Shown: positions 32,587 through 43,128 of the stretch, in pieces
How the letters are laid out: the number at the start of each line of letters is the position of its first letter
Position numbering within the stretch: position 1 is the stretch's first letter
DNA from: Escherichia phage vB_EcoM_Skers
Strand: one strand, 5' to 3'
Length of the DNA: 64,000 bases
Sequence record: MW748999.1
Position numbers and translations under genes: made by a program
Notes under the pieces: model-generated
Told to the model about the DNA's origin: nothing
Database searches by the model: none
What the model saw: only the letters and a program-made list of their open reading frames with translations

Positions 32587-33212
32587 AGAATTTTAAGGAA
32601 ACTGGATAGACCTGATAATGAATATACACCAGATTCCCCGCATTCGCACTTGATCGGTACTGCCAGCGTGATTTGATTTCTTGTTAGCTCGTCGATCACT
32701 TCTTCCACTTTATCCGTGGTAAGCATATCCAGCACGCGGTCAAAGTCCTGTGCGTTCAGGTCGTCTATATTGAATTGCTGATCGCCGATCACGATATATT
32801 CGATACATGCAATTACCATCTGCATAATATCAACATCTTCTGTAAATTTAGGTTGACGAAACTTGATTTTTACTTGTCCTAAGTCCAGAATATACGGTTC
32901 AACTTCTGGTATCTGTGTGCGTGAAACATCAAGAGAGTATACTTTCTCTTTATTGCATACACCACACACCCAAGTAGCATCAATTTTCATCTTATTGAGG
33001 CTGTGACACCATAAGAGAAGAAAAATATATTCTGCTTCGCATTTCTCTAGCTCTAATGCATTGATCCCCGTACATTCATGTATGATCTCTATAACAACCT
33101 CTGACAGCTTGCCAGTCTCTTTTGCTGCTACCAGTTTTTGAAATTCGCCGAAGGTGAAAGCACGGGCGTGTATCAACTTTTCGCCTAATTGGATCTTGAA
33201 AAAGTATTGCAT
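32583..33212 (-). CDS. 26: gp26 baseplate hub subunit
   Basis: 209 aa (T4 gp26 208 aa); divergent from gene 51 as in T4. Confidence 0.8.
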   Translation of the reverse strand: MQYFFKIQLGEKLIHARAFTFGEFQKLVAAKETGKLSEVVIEIIHECTGINALELEKCEAEYIFLLLWCHSLNKMKIDATWVCGVCNKEKVYSLDVSRTQIPEVEPYILDLGQVKIKFRQPKFTEDVDIMQMVIACIEYIVIGDQQFNIDDLNAQDFDRVLDMLTTDKVEEVIDELTRNQITLAVPIKCECGESGVYSLSGLSSFLKIL

Positions 33213-33253
33213 AATAAAACACCCTTTATAAACACATAGAATTATTTAGTATT

Positions 33254-33263
33254 TTATAAATAC
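33254..33263 (+). promoter_or_regulatory. T4-type late promoter TATAAATA upstream of gene 51
   Basis: exact TATAAATA about 20 nt upstream of gene 51 ATG; coordinates approximate. Confidence 0.55.
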
Positions 33264-33282
33264 CCGAAAGGGGGATTATACC

Positions 33283-34053
33283 ATGAATATTATCCGAATA
33301 AAACTACCGGAAGGTGTGCAGAGATTTAAACCATTCACGGTAAAAGATTATAGAGATTTCCTTCTGGTGTCAACTGAAATTAAGATGAATCCAGAAGAAG
33401 AACAAACGATTCTGGATGAGCTATTAGAAGAAATATATCCAGAAGTAGATCCGGCATTTCGTGAATATATTTTCCTGAATGTCTTTACTAGTTCAATCGG
33501 TAAAACTAAGATACCGCTTTGTTTTACTTGCCCGACTTGCAACAAAGAAAGAAAAATGTTGCTTAACTTACAGGTTGAAGCACTAAAACCAATCGTTCTA
33601 GAGGCCGCAGGGCTTAAAATAACTTTCCGGTATGTTAAACCATCAACCGACTATGCAAAAACGTTTCTGGATGCGATAGAGCGTGTATCTGATGGTATTA
33701 ATGATTATCTATGGACTGAATTACCGGAAGAAGTTAGAGAACAGGTTATCGATTCAATCTCATTTGCTGAATTTGAAGAAGTTGTTAAGCAGATGCACAC
33801 AATCAAGATCGAACAAAAGATATCTTGTTGTGAAAGTCATGACCTGAAATACATAGGTCTTCTTCCATTATTCAAATTGTTGTTGAATCCAGATGAGTTA
33901 TTCATCTTTTATCGAATAAACCATCTATTGGCAAAATCAAATTATTCTATCAGTGATCTTATGGATATGTTACCGATTGAGAGAAACATTGCACTGACAC
34001 TGGTCGAGAAAGACGTAAAAGAGGCAACTAATGCAAAGAACGGGGTTTCCTAA
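33283..34053 (+). CDS. 51: gp51 baseplate hub assembly catalyst
   Basis: 256 aa (T4 gp51 249 aa); position between 26 and 27. Confidence 0.7.
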   Translation: MNIIRIKLPEGVQRFKPFTVKDYRDFLLVSTEIKMNPEEEQTILDELLEEIYPEVDPAFREYIFLNVFTSSIGKTKIPLCFTCPTCNKERKMLLNLQVEALKPIVLEAAGLKITFRYVKPSTDYAKTFLDAIERVSDGINDYLWTELPEEVREQVIDSISFAEFEEVVKQMHTIKIEQKISCCESHDLKYIGLLPLFKLLLNPDELFIFYRINHLLAKSNYSISDLMDMLPIERNIALTLVEKDVKEATNAKNGVS

Positions 34054-35140
34054 TGTCTCAATAAAACTTTATCAGGATTATGAGGCATTTCTAAATCATC
34101 GCTTTATAGAGTTGGGTGCTACCTTTGTTACAATGACTCTGCGTGATTCGATTCGTGGGGTGAATGAAGGATTGTTGCAATTCTATGATAATAAGGCGAT
34201 GCATACAAAATTAAATGGGAGAGAGATCATTCAGATTTCGCTATCCACTGCTAATACAGATGAAGTGTTTAACCGAATCTATGGGATCTCTCATAGTAAT
34301 GTAACAATTGACCAAAAATCCGACAACATTTTAACATTCCAGTTAAAGAGCTATCACGAAACACTAAACCTTAAATTTTCTCGCTCATTAACAAATAACG
34401 CTGTTAATAACGTAACTAGCATGATTGATGCCATCTATAAGGAAGTTCCTTTATGGAAACCTACTATAAAGGGTGATAACGTTGTTATTCCTCGTTGTCC
34501 GTGGGTTAGTACCGTAAATGACTATATGGATTTTGTGAGGGCATACGGGCAAAGCGTAGAAACAGAGTCTTTCGTGTATTGCTGGGAAGATTTTGATGGT
34601 ATAACGATCGCTGGACACGATACATTATTAAAAAATGAGCCAATACCAGCTATAATCTGTGAGCCTAGACTCATGGGTCAATTTATTGATATGTCACCTA
34701 ATCTGATGGTTTTTAATTTCGAGTGGCAGACTAAGAGCAATGCTAAAGTCAAAAACTCGTTTAACAATGTGACATACACAGCTATTGATTTTGTTACTAA
34801 GCAGTATAATAAAATTGTTGTTGGTAATGGGGATAATATTGCACACTTTGCTCATGGTGGCGCTTATGGAGATTTAACTTATAAGAATGCGTTTTTGGAA
34901 GGTTCTAAACTTGCCACAATAGAACAATATGATTCGTATGCTACCGCCGTGTGTCACGGTAATTTTTCGTTGCGCCCCGGTATGGTTATTCGATTCTTTG
35001 ATGAGAAACAACAAGCACGCAATGATTTTATTGTTGACGAAGTTGTGCATGAAATTAGCCGAGAGCAATCATTAACTCACCTGTATATGATCGGTAACAG
35101 CGAAGAATTACAGGAAGTCAAATTTGAAGGTAAGATATAA
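34031..35140 (+). CDS. 27: gp27 baseplate hub subunit
   Basis: 369 aa (T4 gp27 391 aa); conserved position. Confidence 0.85.
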   Translation: MQRTGFPNVSIKLYQDYEAFLNHRFIELGATFVTMTLRDSIRGVNEGLLQFYDNKAMHTKLNGREIIQISLSTANTDEVFNRIYGISHSNVTIDQKSDNILTFQLKSYHETLNLKFSRSLTNNAVNNVTSMIDAIYKEVPLWKPTIKGDNVVIPRCPWVSTVNDYMDFVRAYGQSVETESFVYCWEDFDGITIAGHDTLLKNEPIPAIICEPRLMGQFIDMSPNLMVFNFEWQTKSNAKVKNSFNNVTYTAIDFVTKQYNKIVVGNGDNIAHFAHGGAYGDLTYKNAFLEGSKLATIEQYDSYATAVCHGNFSLRPGMVIRFFDEKQQARNDFIVDEVVHEISREQSLTHLYMIGNSEELQEVKFEGKI

Positions 35141-35658
35141 TGACAGAAACTAAACCTATGTTAAAATTTGTTGTTCCTGTAAAAAAATTAGAGATAAACG
35201 GGAAACATATTAAGATCCCAAAAATGGGGATTAAGCAACATCGATTATTAAAAGATGTTCGTAGCTGTGATGAAACATTAAAGATTCTTCTTGATTCAAT
35301 CTGTCCTGGGTTAAACGCTGCCGAGTCTGAATTGGTTATGCTTAACCTTTGTGCGTTTAATGGTAAGTGTCTGGAAGAAAAAGATGGTCTTAAGCTGTCT
35401 GATGTGTATATTTGTACAGAGACCGAATTTACTTTAAATGGTAAAGTCTTTAAATTTAAAAATCCAATGTATACTTCTGACCCCATTATCGATGACGCTG
35501 ATTTCTTGAGTCATCATTATCACGATCCTAGTGTAGACTTCCATGATTTCCCAGCTTTTATTATGGATTGGGCTACAGGATTAAGAAAAACTATTGCGCT
35601 GGATACGCCGGAAGGCACTATCTATGGTGGAATTAACATATTGGATCGCCTATCATGA
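35140..35658 (+). CDS. 28: gp28 baseplate hub distal subunit
   Basis: 172 aa (T4 gp28 177 aa); start overlaps gene 27 stop. Confidence 0.7.
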   Translation: MTETKPMLKFVVPVKKLEINGKHIKIPKMGIKQHRLLKDVRSCDETLKILLDSICPGLNAAESELVMLNLCAFNGKCLEEKDGLKLSDVYICTETEFTLNGKVFKFKNPMYTSDPIIDDADFLSHHYHDPSVDFHDFPAFIMDWATGLRKTIALDTPEGTIYGGINILDRLS

Positions 35659-37388
35659 ATGACGCATTAACATCATTTCGCGGGATGCGCAAGGAAGCGG
35701 AAGAAAATCCGATTGATAAACTTAACAAGTTAGATAAACTTGATTCTATTGATAATTTGCAAGCCGCTACCGAATTGGTGGCGGAGACAGTAGAACAAAA
35801 ATCTAATGAAGTTGTTGGTGCGGTAGAGGATAACACCGCAGCCAATGAATTGACGGCAGAGAATACCCAATCTACCGCTGGCAATACCCAAAAAACTTAT
35901 GAAGAATTGCAAAAACTCAATAATTTCTCTTCTCAGATGAATGAGAAATTACGTGGTTTTGGTGTTATGATGGAACGTAGATTTGGTGTTGTCAGTAAAA
36001 TGGCTAGCGGTATTGGTGCGATTGAAGAAGCACTGAAAAAACCTGAACAACCGCAAACAATGCCATCACCTCAGCCAGTTTTGCCTACTGTACCGGAACA
36101 GCCTAATAATGACAACTATCAAGGTCTTCCAAAGAAAAAACCAGATGTTGAGGAACGGAAGAAAAAGAACGCCGCAGATAAGCGCAATGCGGATTCTATG
36201 GAAAATCTTCTTAAAGTTGTTCGTGGAGGATTTAAAGAAACCATAGGTATCTCTAATAAGGTCTTAGGGATGTTATTTAAGATCACCTTGACCGCTATGG
36301 CAGAAGCCGCAAAATGGGGCGCTATTTTGATGGGTATTGTTTTTGCCATCGACACCCTTATGATTCATTTCAGATATTGGAGTGATTTATTCGAAACAAA
36401 ATTCGATGAATTTATGGATAAGGCCGGAGAATGGGCTGGACCAATTAGTGATATTCTAACAACTATTCGTCAAGTTCGAGATTATTGGTCTAAAGGTGAA
36501 TATGGAGAATTAATTAAATCTCTTGTTATGGGTATTGGTGATGCATTCTATAAAACCTTTATCCAACTTGATCGAATTATCACTACTGGTATTGCTAAAA
36601 TTCTTCGCATGATCCCTGGTATGGGTGATTATGCCGATAAGTTAGAATATGGTGCTTTAAAATCTGCTGTCGCTCAAGGCTATACGCCAAATGAAAGAGA
36701 ACTCGAATTAATGGATAAGGTCGAGTCTGAACACGAAGAGGACAAATACGGGGAGCGTACTGGCTGGACCGGAAAAGCCCGTGATATTGGTGAGGCTATC
36801 GGTGACTCCATTAAAGATAAAGTTAACGAGGGTCTTGTTAGTCTGGGCTGGAGAGATCAAAAGGATGTTGACGCAGAGAAGCGACAAGAAGAATTAAAAC
36901 GCGGGGAATATGAGTCTGTTTCTGCTGAACAGCGATCTGCTAGTCGTAAACTTAGAATTAAAAGCGAGGGCGCGATCAATAATATTAATGAAGTTATGGA
37001 GAACTTGAGCGGTGACTATGACAAAGAAAAAATTGGAGAGTTGAAAAAGGATATTGATGTTTACCGTGAGCAAGTTCAAGATCCTACATTAGTTGAAAGT
37101 GATCGTTCTCAGTTAGAGCGTCTTATTGAAAAATTTGATGAGATGTATGCTGATAAAACTAAGGGTGTGGTTCCAGCTAAATCTGTTCCGGCAACTGAAA
37201 CGGAAACAGCAAAACAAGCGGAACGTACTGAACAAATGCAGAAACAAGCTGCAATCCAGCAACAAACGACAAATCAGACCTCAAACGTAAATAATACACA
37301 AATTGTAACAAACAATAGAACTATTAAACAGGGTGCACCAACAACTAGAATTGATGCACCAGGTACAATTAATATGGGGAACTTTTAA
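35655..37388 (+). CDS. 29: gp29 baseplate hub / tail length determinator (tape-measure-like)
   Basis: 577 aa (T4 gp29 590 aa); long helical protein with hydrophobic central segment. Confidence 0.85.
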   Translation: MNDALTSFRGMRKEAEENPIDKLNKLDKLDSIDNLQAATELVAETVEQKSNEVVGAVEDNTAANELTAENTQSTAGNTQKTYEELQKLNNFSSQMNEKLRGFGVMMERRFGVVSKMASGIGAIEEALKKPEQPQTMPSPQPVLPTVPEQPNNDNYQGLPKKKPDVEERKKKNAADKRNADSMENLLKVVRGGFKETIGISNKVLGMLFKITLTAMAEAAKWGAILMGIVFAIDTLMIHFRYWSDLFETKFDEFMDKAGEWAGPISDILTTIRQVRDYWSKGEYGELIKSLVMGIGDAFYKTFIQLDRIITTGIAKILRMIPGMGDYADKLEYGALKSAVAQGYTPNERELELMDKVESEHEEDKYGERTGWTGKARDIGEAIGDSIKDKVNEGLVSLGWRDQKDVDAEKRQEELKRGEYESVSAEQRSASRKLRIKSEGAINNINEVMENLSGDYDKEKIGELKKDIDVYREQVQDPTLVESDRSQLERLIEKFDEMYADKTKGVVPAKSVPATETETAKQAERTEQMQKQAAIQQQTTNQTSNVNNTQIVTNNRTIKQGAPTTRIDAPGTINMGNF

Positions 37389-38446
37389 TGAAAATTAGTG
37401 TTATCAATGATGCCGTTGATAGCTTTAAAGCGGGGGTTAAAACCTCCGCTGGTTTTACCTCAAAAAATAAAGGGAAAACATTAACCGCTCAATTCCCCGC
37501 TGAACGTGCTAGCGGTAATGATGCTAGCGGTTATTATATCAACGACTTATATAATAATGGTCTGTTATTCACTGCATACGATTACACATCTCGTACTACT
37601 GGATCGTTGCGTGATTTCAGGAAAAAGAAAAATGTTGCTAGCGGTTTTGGTGGTAGCGTTAATATCGCTGGTTTTGATTTAAATTTGGGTGGGAGAAATG
37701 CTGCATTTGACCGAGAGGCAATTGCTAATATTCTTCTTCCTCGTAGTCAATCTGACGTTGACGCTGCCAGCCATAAGTTTAATGATGTTGGTGAATCTGT
37801 TATTTCTCGCGGCGGTGGTACTTTAGGCGGTGCTCTTTCTAATATGGCATCTACGGCCGTTTTTGGTGGTATCGAAAGTATTACTGGTGGATACCTTGCC
37901 GATCACGGTGAACAGATTTATAATACTGCGCGAAGCATGTATGCGGGTGCTGACGCACGAACGAAAAACTACGTATGGCATCTAACCCCACGTAGTATTG
38001 AAGACCTTCGCAATATTCTGATCATATACGAAACGTTTTTAGAGTTGTCTTATGGTTCTAGTGGTATTTCCAGCACCGCAAAAGAATTAAAAGCGGAAGT
38101 TGATGCGTGGTATAAAAATACACTATTGAGCAAATCCACTCCAGCCGAGGCAAAGAGAAATGATACGCTGTTTGAAGGGATCACCGATTTTCTATCAAAC
38201 GTAATTACTGTATCTAACCCGACAATATGGATGATATCTAACTTCGGTAAGCGTACATCGTTTGAAGGGCGTAGCGATGCATTTGGTCCCGCTCAGATCT
38301 CAAGTGTACGTCTGGACAAGTCGCCTGATGGTAAGTTTAATGGCCTTGCTATTTCTCCTAACTTGCCGAGTACCTTTGTTCTGGAAGTATCATTTAGAGA
38401 GATCTTGACACTTTCCCGTGGTACTATATTTGGGAGTGCGGCATAA
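37388..38446 (+). CDS. 48: gp48 baseplate tail-tube cap
   Basis: 352 aa (T4 gp48 364 aa); conserved position. Confidence 0.85.
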   Translation: MKISVINDAVDSFKAGVKTSAGFTSKNKGKTLTAQFPAERASGNDASGYYINDLYNNGLLFTAYDYTSRTTGSLRDFRKKKNVASGFGGSVNIAGFDLNLGGRNAAFDREAIANILLPRSQSDVDAASHKFNDVGESVISRGGGTLGGALSNMASTAVFGGIESITGGYLADHGEQIYNTARSMYAGADARTKNYVWHLTPRSIEDLRNILIIYETFLELSYGSSGISSTAKELKAEVDAWYKNTLLSKSTPAEAKRNDTLFEGITDFLSNVITVSNPTIWMISNFGKRTSFEGRSDAFGPAQISSVRLDKSPDGKFNGLAISPNLPSTFVLEVSFREILTLSRGTIFGSAA

Positions 38447-39378
38447 TGTTTGATTTAAATGACTTTAACGAACAAGCCGCTAACCTTGACTTTCAGCGAT
38501 CGAACTTATTCAGTGTGGCATTTGCCACCACTCCAAGTAATAAGACACAAGCGATCCTAGAAAGTATGGGCGGTGCGGTATATGATATTATACCAAATGC
38601 ATTAAATGACTATTTCGGGATTACTCGTGGTGATTATACTGACGCATTAACAAATCTTGCTGTACAGGGTGTTAGGCGTGCTGTTGATTCATCCGGTGTC
38701 AAAAAGTATCTTTTAGGTGCAATGTCATCCCGCGTAGTTCAATCTCTTCTGGGGCAATTTGATGTTGGTACATATGCGCTTGACTGGTTCAATATGGCAT
38801 ATAAGACAAGCGGTCTTCTGGTGTATGCTGTTAAGGTTCCAGAAAACAGATTGAATTATGAAATGGACCGTAACCACAATGCGCCGAACATTCGAATTAC
38901 CGGACGTGATTTTGATCCGCTTGTATTGAGCTTTAGAATGGACTCTAGCGCATCAAACTATAGAGCAATGCAGGATTGGGTTAACTCAGTAGAAGACCCC
39001 GTTACAGGGCTTCGTGCGCTTCCTGTTGACGTTGAAGCAGATATTCAGGTCAACTTACATAACCGAATGGGAGTTCCTCACACGATCATGATGTTTAATG
39101 GTTGTGTTCCTGTTGGTGTGAGTGCACCGGAATTAAACTATGAAAACAACAACGAAATCACAACATTCGATGTTACTTTCGCATATCGTTCTATGCAAAC
39201 TGGTGCTGTAGGAGAGCAAGCCGCGCGAGAATGGATTGAGGATAAGGCAATAAACGCAATAACAAACACTTTCGGCAATAATTTACTTGATAGTGGGTTA
39301 TCTGCTGCTGGTAATGCTTTATCGCGTCTAAATGGCGTTGGTGGGCGTGTGGTGAATACTGTCACTAACTGGTTCTGA
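38446..39378 (+). CDS. 54: gp54 baseplate tail-tube initiator
   Basis: 310 aa (T4 gp54 320 aa); tube-like C-terminal domain. Confidence 0.85.
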   Translation: MFDLNDFNEQAANLDFQRSNLFSVAFATTPSNKTQAILESMGGAVYDIIPNALNDYFGITRGDYTDALTNLAVQGVRRAVDSSGVKKYLLGAMSSRVVQSLLGQFDVGTYALDWFNMAYKTSGLLVYAVKVPENRLNYEMDRNHNAPNIRITGRDFDPLVLSFRMDSSASNYRAMQDWVNSVEDPVTGLRALPVDVEADIQVNLHNRMGVPHTIMMFNGCVPVGVSAPELNYENNNEITTFDVTFAYRSMQTGAVGEQAAREWIEDKAINAITNTFGNNLLDSGLSAAGNALSRLNGVGGRVVNTVTNWF

Positions 39379-39385
39379 TAAGCGA

Positions 39386-39416
39386 AAGGCGGGGATTATC
39401 CCCCGCCTTTTTATTT
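39386..39416 (+). terminator. strong rho-independent terminator after gene 54
   Basis: stem GGCGGGGAT/ATCCCCCGCC followed by TTTTTATTTT. Confidence 0.75.
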
Positions 39417-39899
39417 TGCTAAATCATTGCAATATTTTAGTGCCTTAGTTTGAAATTCTGCGCTGTTAAGTTCTTCATAACGGTCATAATCACCGTTTAA
39501 TGCTGCCTTTCTTGCTTCTTGCTCTATCTGCATGTCAGACATGATAATACAGCGATCCCGTGCTTTCATCTTCTCAAGTTGTATAGACTCTTCTTTCTGT
39601 TTGCGCAATTCTTCTTGACGCTTCTTTTCTTCTCGTGCTTTCTCTTCCCGCGCTTCTTTGATTGCATCCTTGAACATCTGCGTTTGTGGTGCTAAACCAA
39701 CTTTAACGCGATCCACGTCTCGACGTTCCATTTTAGAAATAAAGCATGATTCGATCTGACCATCACTTGCATATGCTGCTTTACATTCACGAAGCAAGAA
39801 AACCGGATCTGATTTAGCCTTCATCATAGCTTCCATGTTAGCACAACCATTAAGCATAGCCACTAAAGCCGCAAGACCAATTAGTTTAATCATTTTCAT
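39411..39899 (-). CDS. putative lipoprotein (162 aa) with signal peptide and lipobox
   Basis: N-terminus MKMIKLIGLAALVAMLNGC (lipobox L-N-G-C); Lys/Glu-rich helical middle; start overlaps stop of the upstream ADP-ribosyltransferase gene. Confidence 0.55.
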   Translation of the reverse strand: MKMIKLIGLAALVAMLNGCANMEAMMKAKSDPVFLLRECKAAYASDGQIESCFISKMERRDVDRVKVGLAPQTQMFKDAIKEAREEKAREEKKRQEELRKQKEESIQLEKMKARDRCIIMSDMQIEQEARKAALNGDYDRYEELNSAEFQTKALKYCNDLAK

Positions 39900-40720
39900 T
39901 TAGTCACCTCACCGAAAATTGTAAATTGTCTACGATTCTCATCGCCGAAAGATTCTACTACGTCGTTTACCTTGACGCAAGTCCCGCGCGGTAAAATTAC
40001 TTCACATTCGCAAGGATTCCATGCAATCGACCCAACAACAAAACCTTTATGATCTTTTACGTCAATTACCCATGATACATTACAAGAATGTTGCATCTTT
40101 CCGGTCATCGATTCATATCGATTCTCACAATAAAGGCTAGTGCTATTTGAAAGCCAGCCTCCAAAGATGATTGGTGTCATGCTGGTTGATACAAAGTTTT
40201 TAAAGGTAAATTCCTTATCTTCAATAATACGCTCTATTGTTTGAATGTCAAGATGTTGACCACGATAAAGAGTACCGTTTAACTTTTCGGTTTTATCCAT
40301 GACGCAATCCATCAAATCAACAATTTCGGATATCTCGTCGGTCATGTCTTCTTCCCCTAAGAGAGCACCATTTACCCATTCGTATTGTTCAGACACATAA
40401 TCACAGATTGCATTATATTCTGCTGGGGTTATGTTGTTATGTTTGTAATGTTTGAATACATTATCTCCAAAATCTTCGGAGTGTACTTCATACATCACAT
40501 TAATGATTTTCTTGATAAATCCATAATCTTGTGTCTCACGCTCAAGGAAGCGGATAACCTTCACATAATCATCAAAGTTAATCTGATCACTGATCATCTC
40601 AGTGATCATGTAACCATTAATCCCCTCAATGTCATATGTTTCGATGTAATTATCCATACGTTCCATCATTGATTCGCGTGATTCTTCTGAAAGACGAAAA
40701 TCCTGTAATTTCTTGAACAT
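39896..40720 (-). CDS. second ADP-ribosyltransferase (Alt/Mod-like paralog, 274 aa)
   Basis: R-S-E triad in order: TLYRGQ (Arg), FVSTSM (STS), CECEVILPRG (catalytic Glu), matching the same motifs in the adjacent full-length Alt. Confidence 0.7.
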   Translation of the reverse strand: MFKKLQDFRLSEESRESMMERMDNYIETYDIEGINGYMITEMISDQINFDDYVKVIRFLERETQDYGFIKKIINVMYEVHSEDFGDNVFKHYKHNNITPAEYNAICDYVSEQYEWVNGALLGEEDMTDEISEIVDLMDCVMDKTEKLNGTLYRGQHLDIQTIERIIEDKEFTFKNFVSTSMTPIIFGGWLSNSTSLYCENRYESMTGKMQHSCNVSWVIDVKDHKGFVVGSIAWNPCECEVILPRGTCVKVNDVVESFGDENRRQFTIFGEVTK

Positions 40721-40797
40721 TTTAAACCTCCCATATAACAGAAAACGGGGCTAGTATAAAACTAGTCCCCGTTTGAGTCAACCATTATTTCTTAAAA
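40721..40797 (-). promoter_or_regulatory. early promoter with embedded terminator hairpin (PeSL-like cassette) between alt and the ART paralog
   Basis: minus-strand reading TTGACT - 17 nt - TATACT; the spacer/-10 region forms hairpin CGGGGACTAGT/ACTAGCCCCG followed by TTTTCTG; GGGAGG SD before ATG. Confidence 0.6.
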
Positions 40798-42849
40798 TTA
40801 CATTTTAAATTTATCTGGCATTGCGTCTACAGATACCAGATCAGCGATAAGCTGACGTAGAGTTGCCTTATCTGCTTTCTTACGTTCGGTTTTAGCTTCG
40901 GTAATAAAGCTGGAGAAAGACAGGTCAGAAGCAGGTTTAATAACACCTTCACGGATGAATGCATCACCGTCAGCGATCATCTCGCCAGATTCTTGTAATG
41001 CTGCCAGTTCATTTTTGTTCATAATATGTGCCTCAATGTAATAAGTTTCTTGTGAATCCGTCGATGCCGTAGCACGAGTTACCGTATCAAAGGATAGCAC
41101 AACACCGCGAGGAAGTAAAATCTCGCATTCTTTGTAAGCAAATGCTTTGTTACCTACTGGCAATACAGGGATGTTTTCCGCGCCAGCAATGGAGAAAGCA
41201 ACATTAGCGCCACCTTCACCGCGAGAGCCAGCCATAGAATCAACACCAGCAACGGCACTAGCCACGTTTGCATTCCAGCCGCCAAAAATGTTAGGTGCAA
41301 GGGAAGTGCTCACATAGTTTTTAAAGTAAAACGCTTTTTGCTTACGTGCAGTTTCCCACATTTGCGAACGGAAGTCCATACCACGATACAGAATAGTACC
41401 CGGATCAAGTTTAACGCCATAGTTAGAGAAGGCATTATCCAGTGCATCGCACATCTTGACCAATTCTTCTGGATCTGCGATGCCGTCAAACTCTTCCAGC
41501 TTACGGTCGGTTAGGAAGTTGTTCATATTGATGTATGCTGCATCGGCATATTCGCTCAACACAAAACCTTCCGCGCCCGGCAGATCAAGATCAATATCTG
41601 CCATCATTTCACCCATGTTGCTAGCAATTGCTTCAAACATACCGGAAGCAACATTACGTAGGGCATCGGTTTTAATCTGTGTGATGTGACTACGCAACAT
41701 TTCAGCTTTTACATCTGCTGGCATAGACTGGTCTACTCGATCCATTGCTATGGCAGTGATCTTGTTTTCGAATACGTCCTCGCTCATGATTTCTTTTAAG
41801 CGTTTGATTGATGCTGCGATAACTTCCGCAGACAACGGATCATATTGATCCTGAACTTTTACCAGTTCGCTTACTGCGTATTTTGCATCGGCTTCGCTTT
41901 CAAAAATAGTACGCATGAAACCATAGCGAGTGATAATATCACTTGTCCAGTCATTCAGAGAACGAGCGGTTGAACGTTCTAAGGCTTGACGATCAATCAG
42001 AGTATTAAACTGTTTCTTAGGTTCTGCTTCGGTGATATCTTCTTCCGGTTTAAGATTAATTTTTTCTGGATGATTCACATAGTCGCTGTTATAGGTCGCT
42101 TGAGTTTTCAGCATTTCTTCTTTAGTCAAACGAGATTTAGCCGCTACGCGTTGTTCTGCTTCCGCGTTTCGTTCTTCTTCTGACACAAGACTAGCCGCAT
42201 ATGCCTCATCTTTAGTCAGAGATTCACCAGTAGCCTTAGATACCCAGCGATCACCTAAATCACTTTCTACTTTAGTGAACAAGGATTCATCAAGTTTAAT
42301 CCCTTTAATCTTATCAATCGCCATCCCGCGACGCTTGACAACAACTAAAGCGATCTTTTTGCTGGTCATTACTTCCTGCTGGAATACTTCAAACTTCGGT
42401 GTACGACGCACCAAACGCTCTATAACGCGCTTAACCAGTTCGGTCTTACCCTTCATACGGGATACGTTAAAACGGAACATAACAGCGTCTAATTGCGCTT
42501 TACGGGCTGTTTCCATAACCACATCAAAAGCACTTGCCATAACTGCAATCGGGTTATCGCCTAGACCATTTTTAAGCTGTACAATACGACCGCTTTTGTT
42601 CATTTCGCACAGTACAACATGTGCGGTCTTGTCACCCATACGAATGATTTTAGGTGTTTTGTTGGTGAAGTTACAAAGACGGACAATCACATCTTTATCG
42701 CGTGTCTGTACTGCAAAAAGCTGTTTAGGATTCTGCTTAGGCTTTAAGCACTGTACCGGAGCAATACTGCCAAAGTTTTCTTCCTCTTCCGTCAACAGCC
42801 ATTTCTCGAAAGATTCAATCATTAGATCGTCGATTTCTAAGTTAAACAT
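40798..42849 (-). CDS. alt: Alt ADP-ribosyltransferase (injected head protein)
   Basis: 683 aa (T4 Alt 682 aa); C-terminal ART motifs ILYRGM, YVSTSL, KECEILLPRG; located after gene 54 as in T4. Confidence 0.85.
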   Translation of the reverse strand: MFNLEIDDLMIESFEKWLLTEEEENFGSIAPVQCLKPKQNPKQLFAVQTRDKDVIVRLCNFTNKTPKIIRMGDKTAHVVLCEMNKSGRIVQLKNGLGDNPIAVMASAFDVVMETARKAQLDAVMFRFNVSRMKGKTELVKRVIERLVRRTPKFEVFQQEVMTSKKIALVVVKRRGMAIDKIKGIKLDESLFTKVESDLGDRWVSKATGESLTKDEAYAASLVSEEERNAEAEQRVAAKSRLTKEEMLKTQATYNSDYVNHPEKINLKPEEDITEAEPKKQFNTLIDRQALERSTARSLNDWTSDIITRYGFMRTIFESEADAKYAVSELVKVQDQYDPLSAEVIAASIKRLKEIMSEDVFENKITAIAMDRVDQSMPADVKAEMLRSHITQIKTDALRNVASGMFEAIASNMGEMMADIDLDLPGAEGFVLSEYADAAYINMNNFLTDRKLEEFDGIADPEELVKMCDALDNAFSNYGVKLDPGTILYRGMDFRSQMWETARKQKAFYFKNYVSTSLAPNIFGGWNANVASAVAGVDSMAGSRGEGGANVAFSIAGAENIPVLPVGNKAFAYKECEILLPRGVVLSFDTVTRATASTDSQETYYIEAHIMNKNELAALQESGEMIADGDAFIREGVIKPASDLSFSSFITEAKTERKKADKATLRQLIADLVSVDAMPDKFKM

Positions 42850-42884
42850 TTTATATCCTCTAGTTGATAACCTATAAACCTATA

Positions 42885-42910
42885 TTTATGAAAAAGGGGC
42901 TTAACGCCCC
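42885..42910 (-). terminator. rho-independent terminator upstream of alt (ends the early small-gene transcripts)
   Basis: minus-strand reading GGGGCGTTAAGCCCC followed by TTTTTC; a CATAAATA late-promoter-like octamer lies just downstream. Confidence 0.65.
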
Positions 42911-42915
42911 ATTTA

Positions 42916-43128
42916 TTATAATGCACCATCGAGCAATTGCTCTAAGGTGTATCCTGAATAGTCTTTTTCAATCAGGATATATTTTCCTACTCGTTTAATA
43001 CAACCACGCATTTCAACGTATTCTGCGTAGTTGATGGTACGAGTTGTTCCATCTTCCAGTAATGCAGTACCGATTTCGTTAATGCGGTCATAAGTTACGT
43101 CGGTAATGATGATTTCGATGTTAGCCAT
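42916..43128 (-). CDS. hypothetical protein (70 aa)
   Basis: ORF track; preceded by PeSL-like promoter cassette. Confidence 0.5.
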   Translation of the reverse strand: MANIEIIITDVTYDRINEIGTALLEDGTTRTINYAEYVEMRGCIKRVGKYILIEKDYSGYTLEQLLDGAL

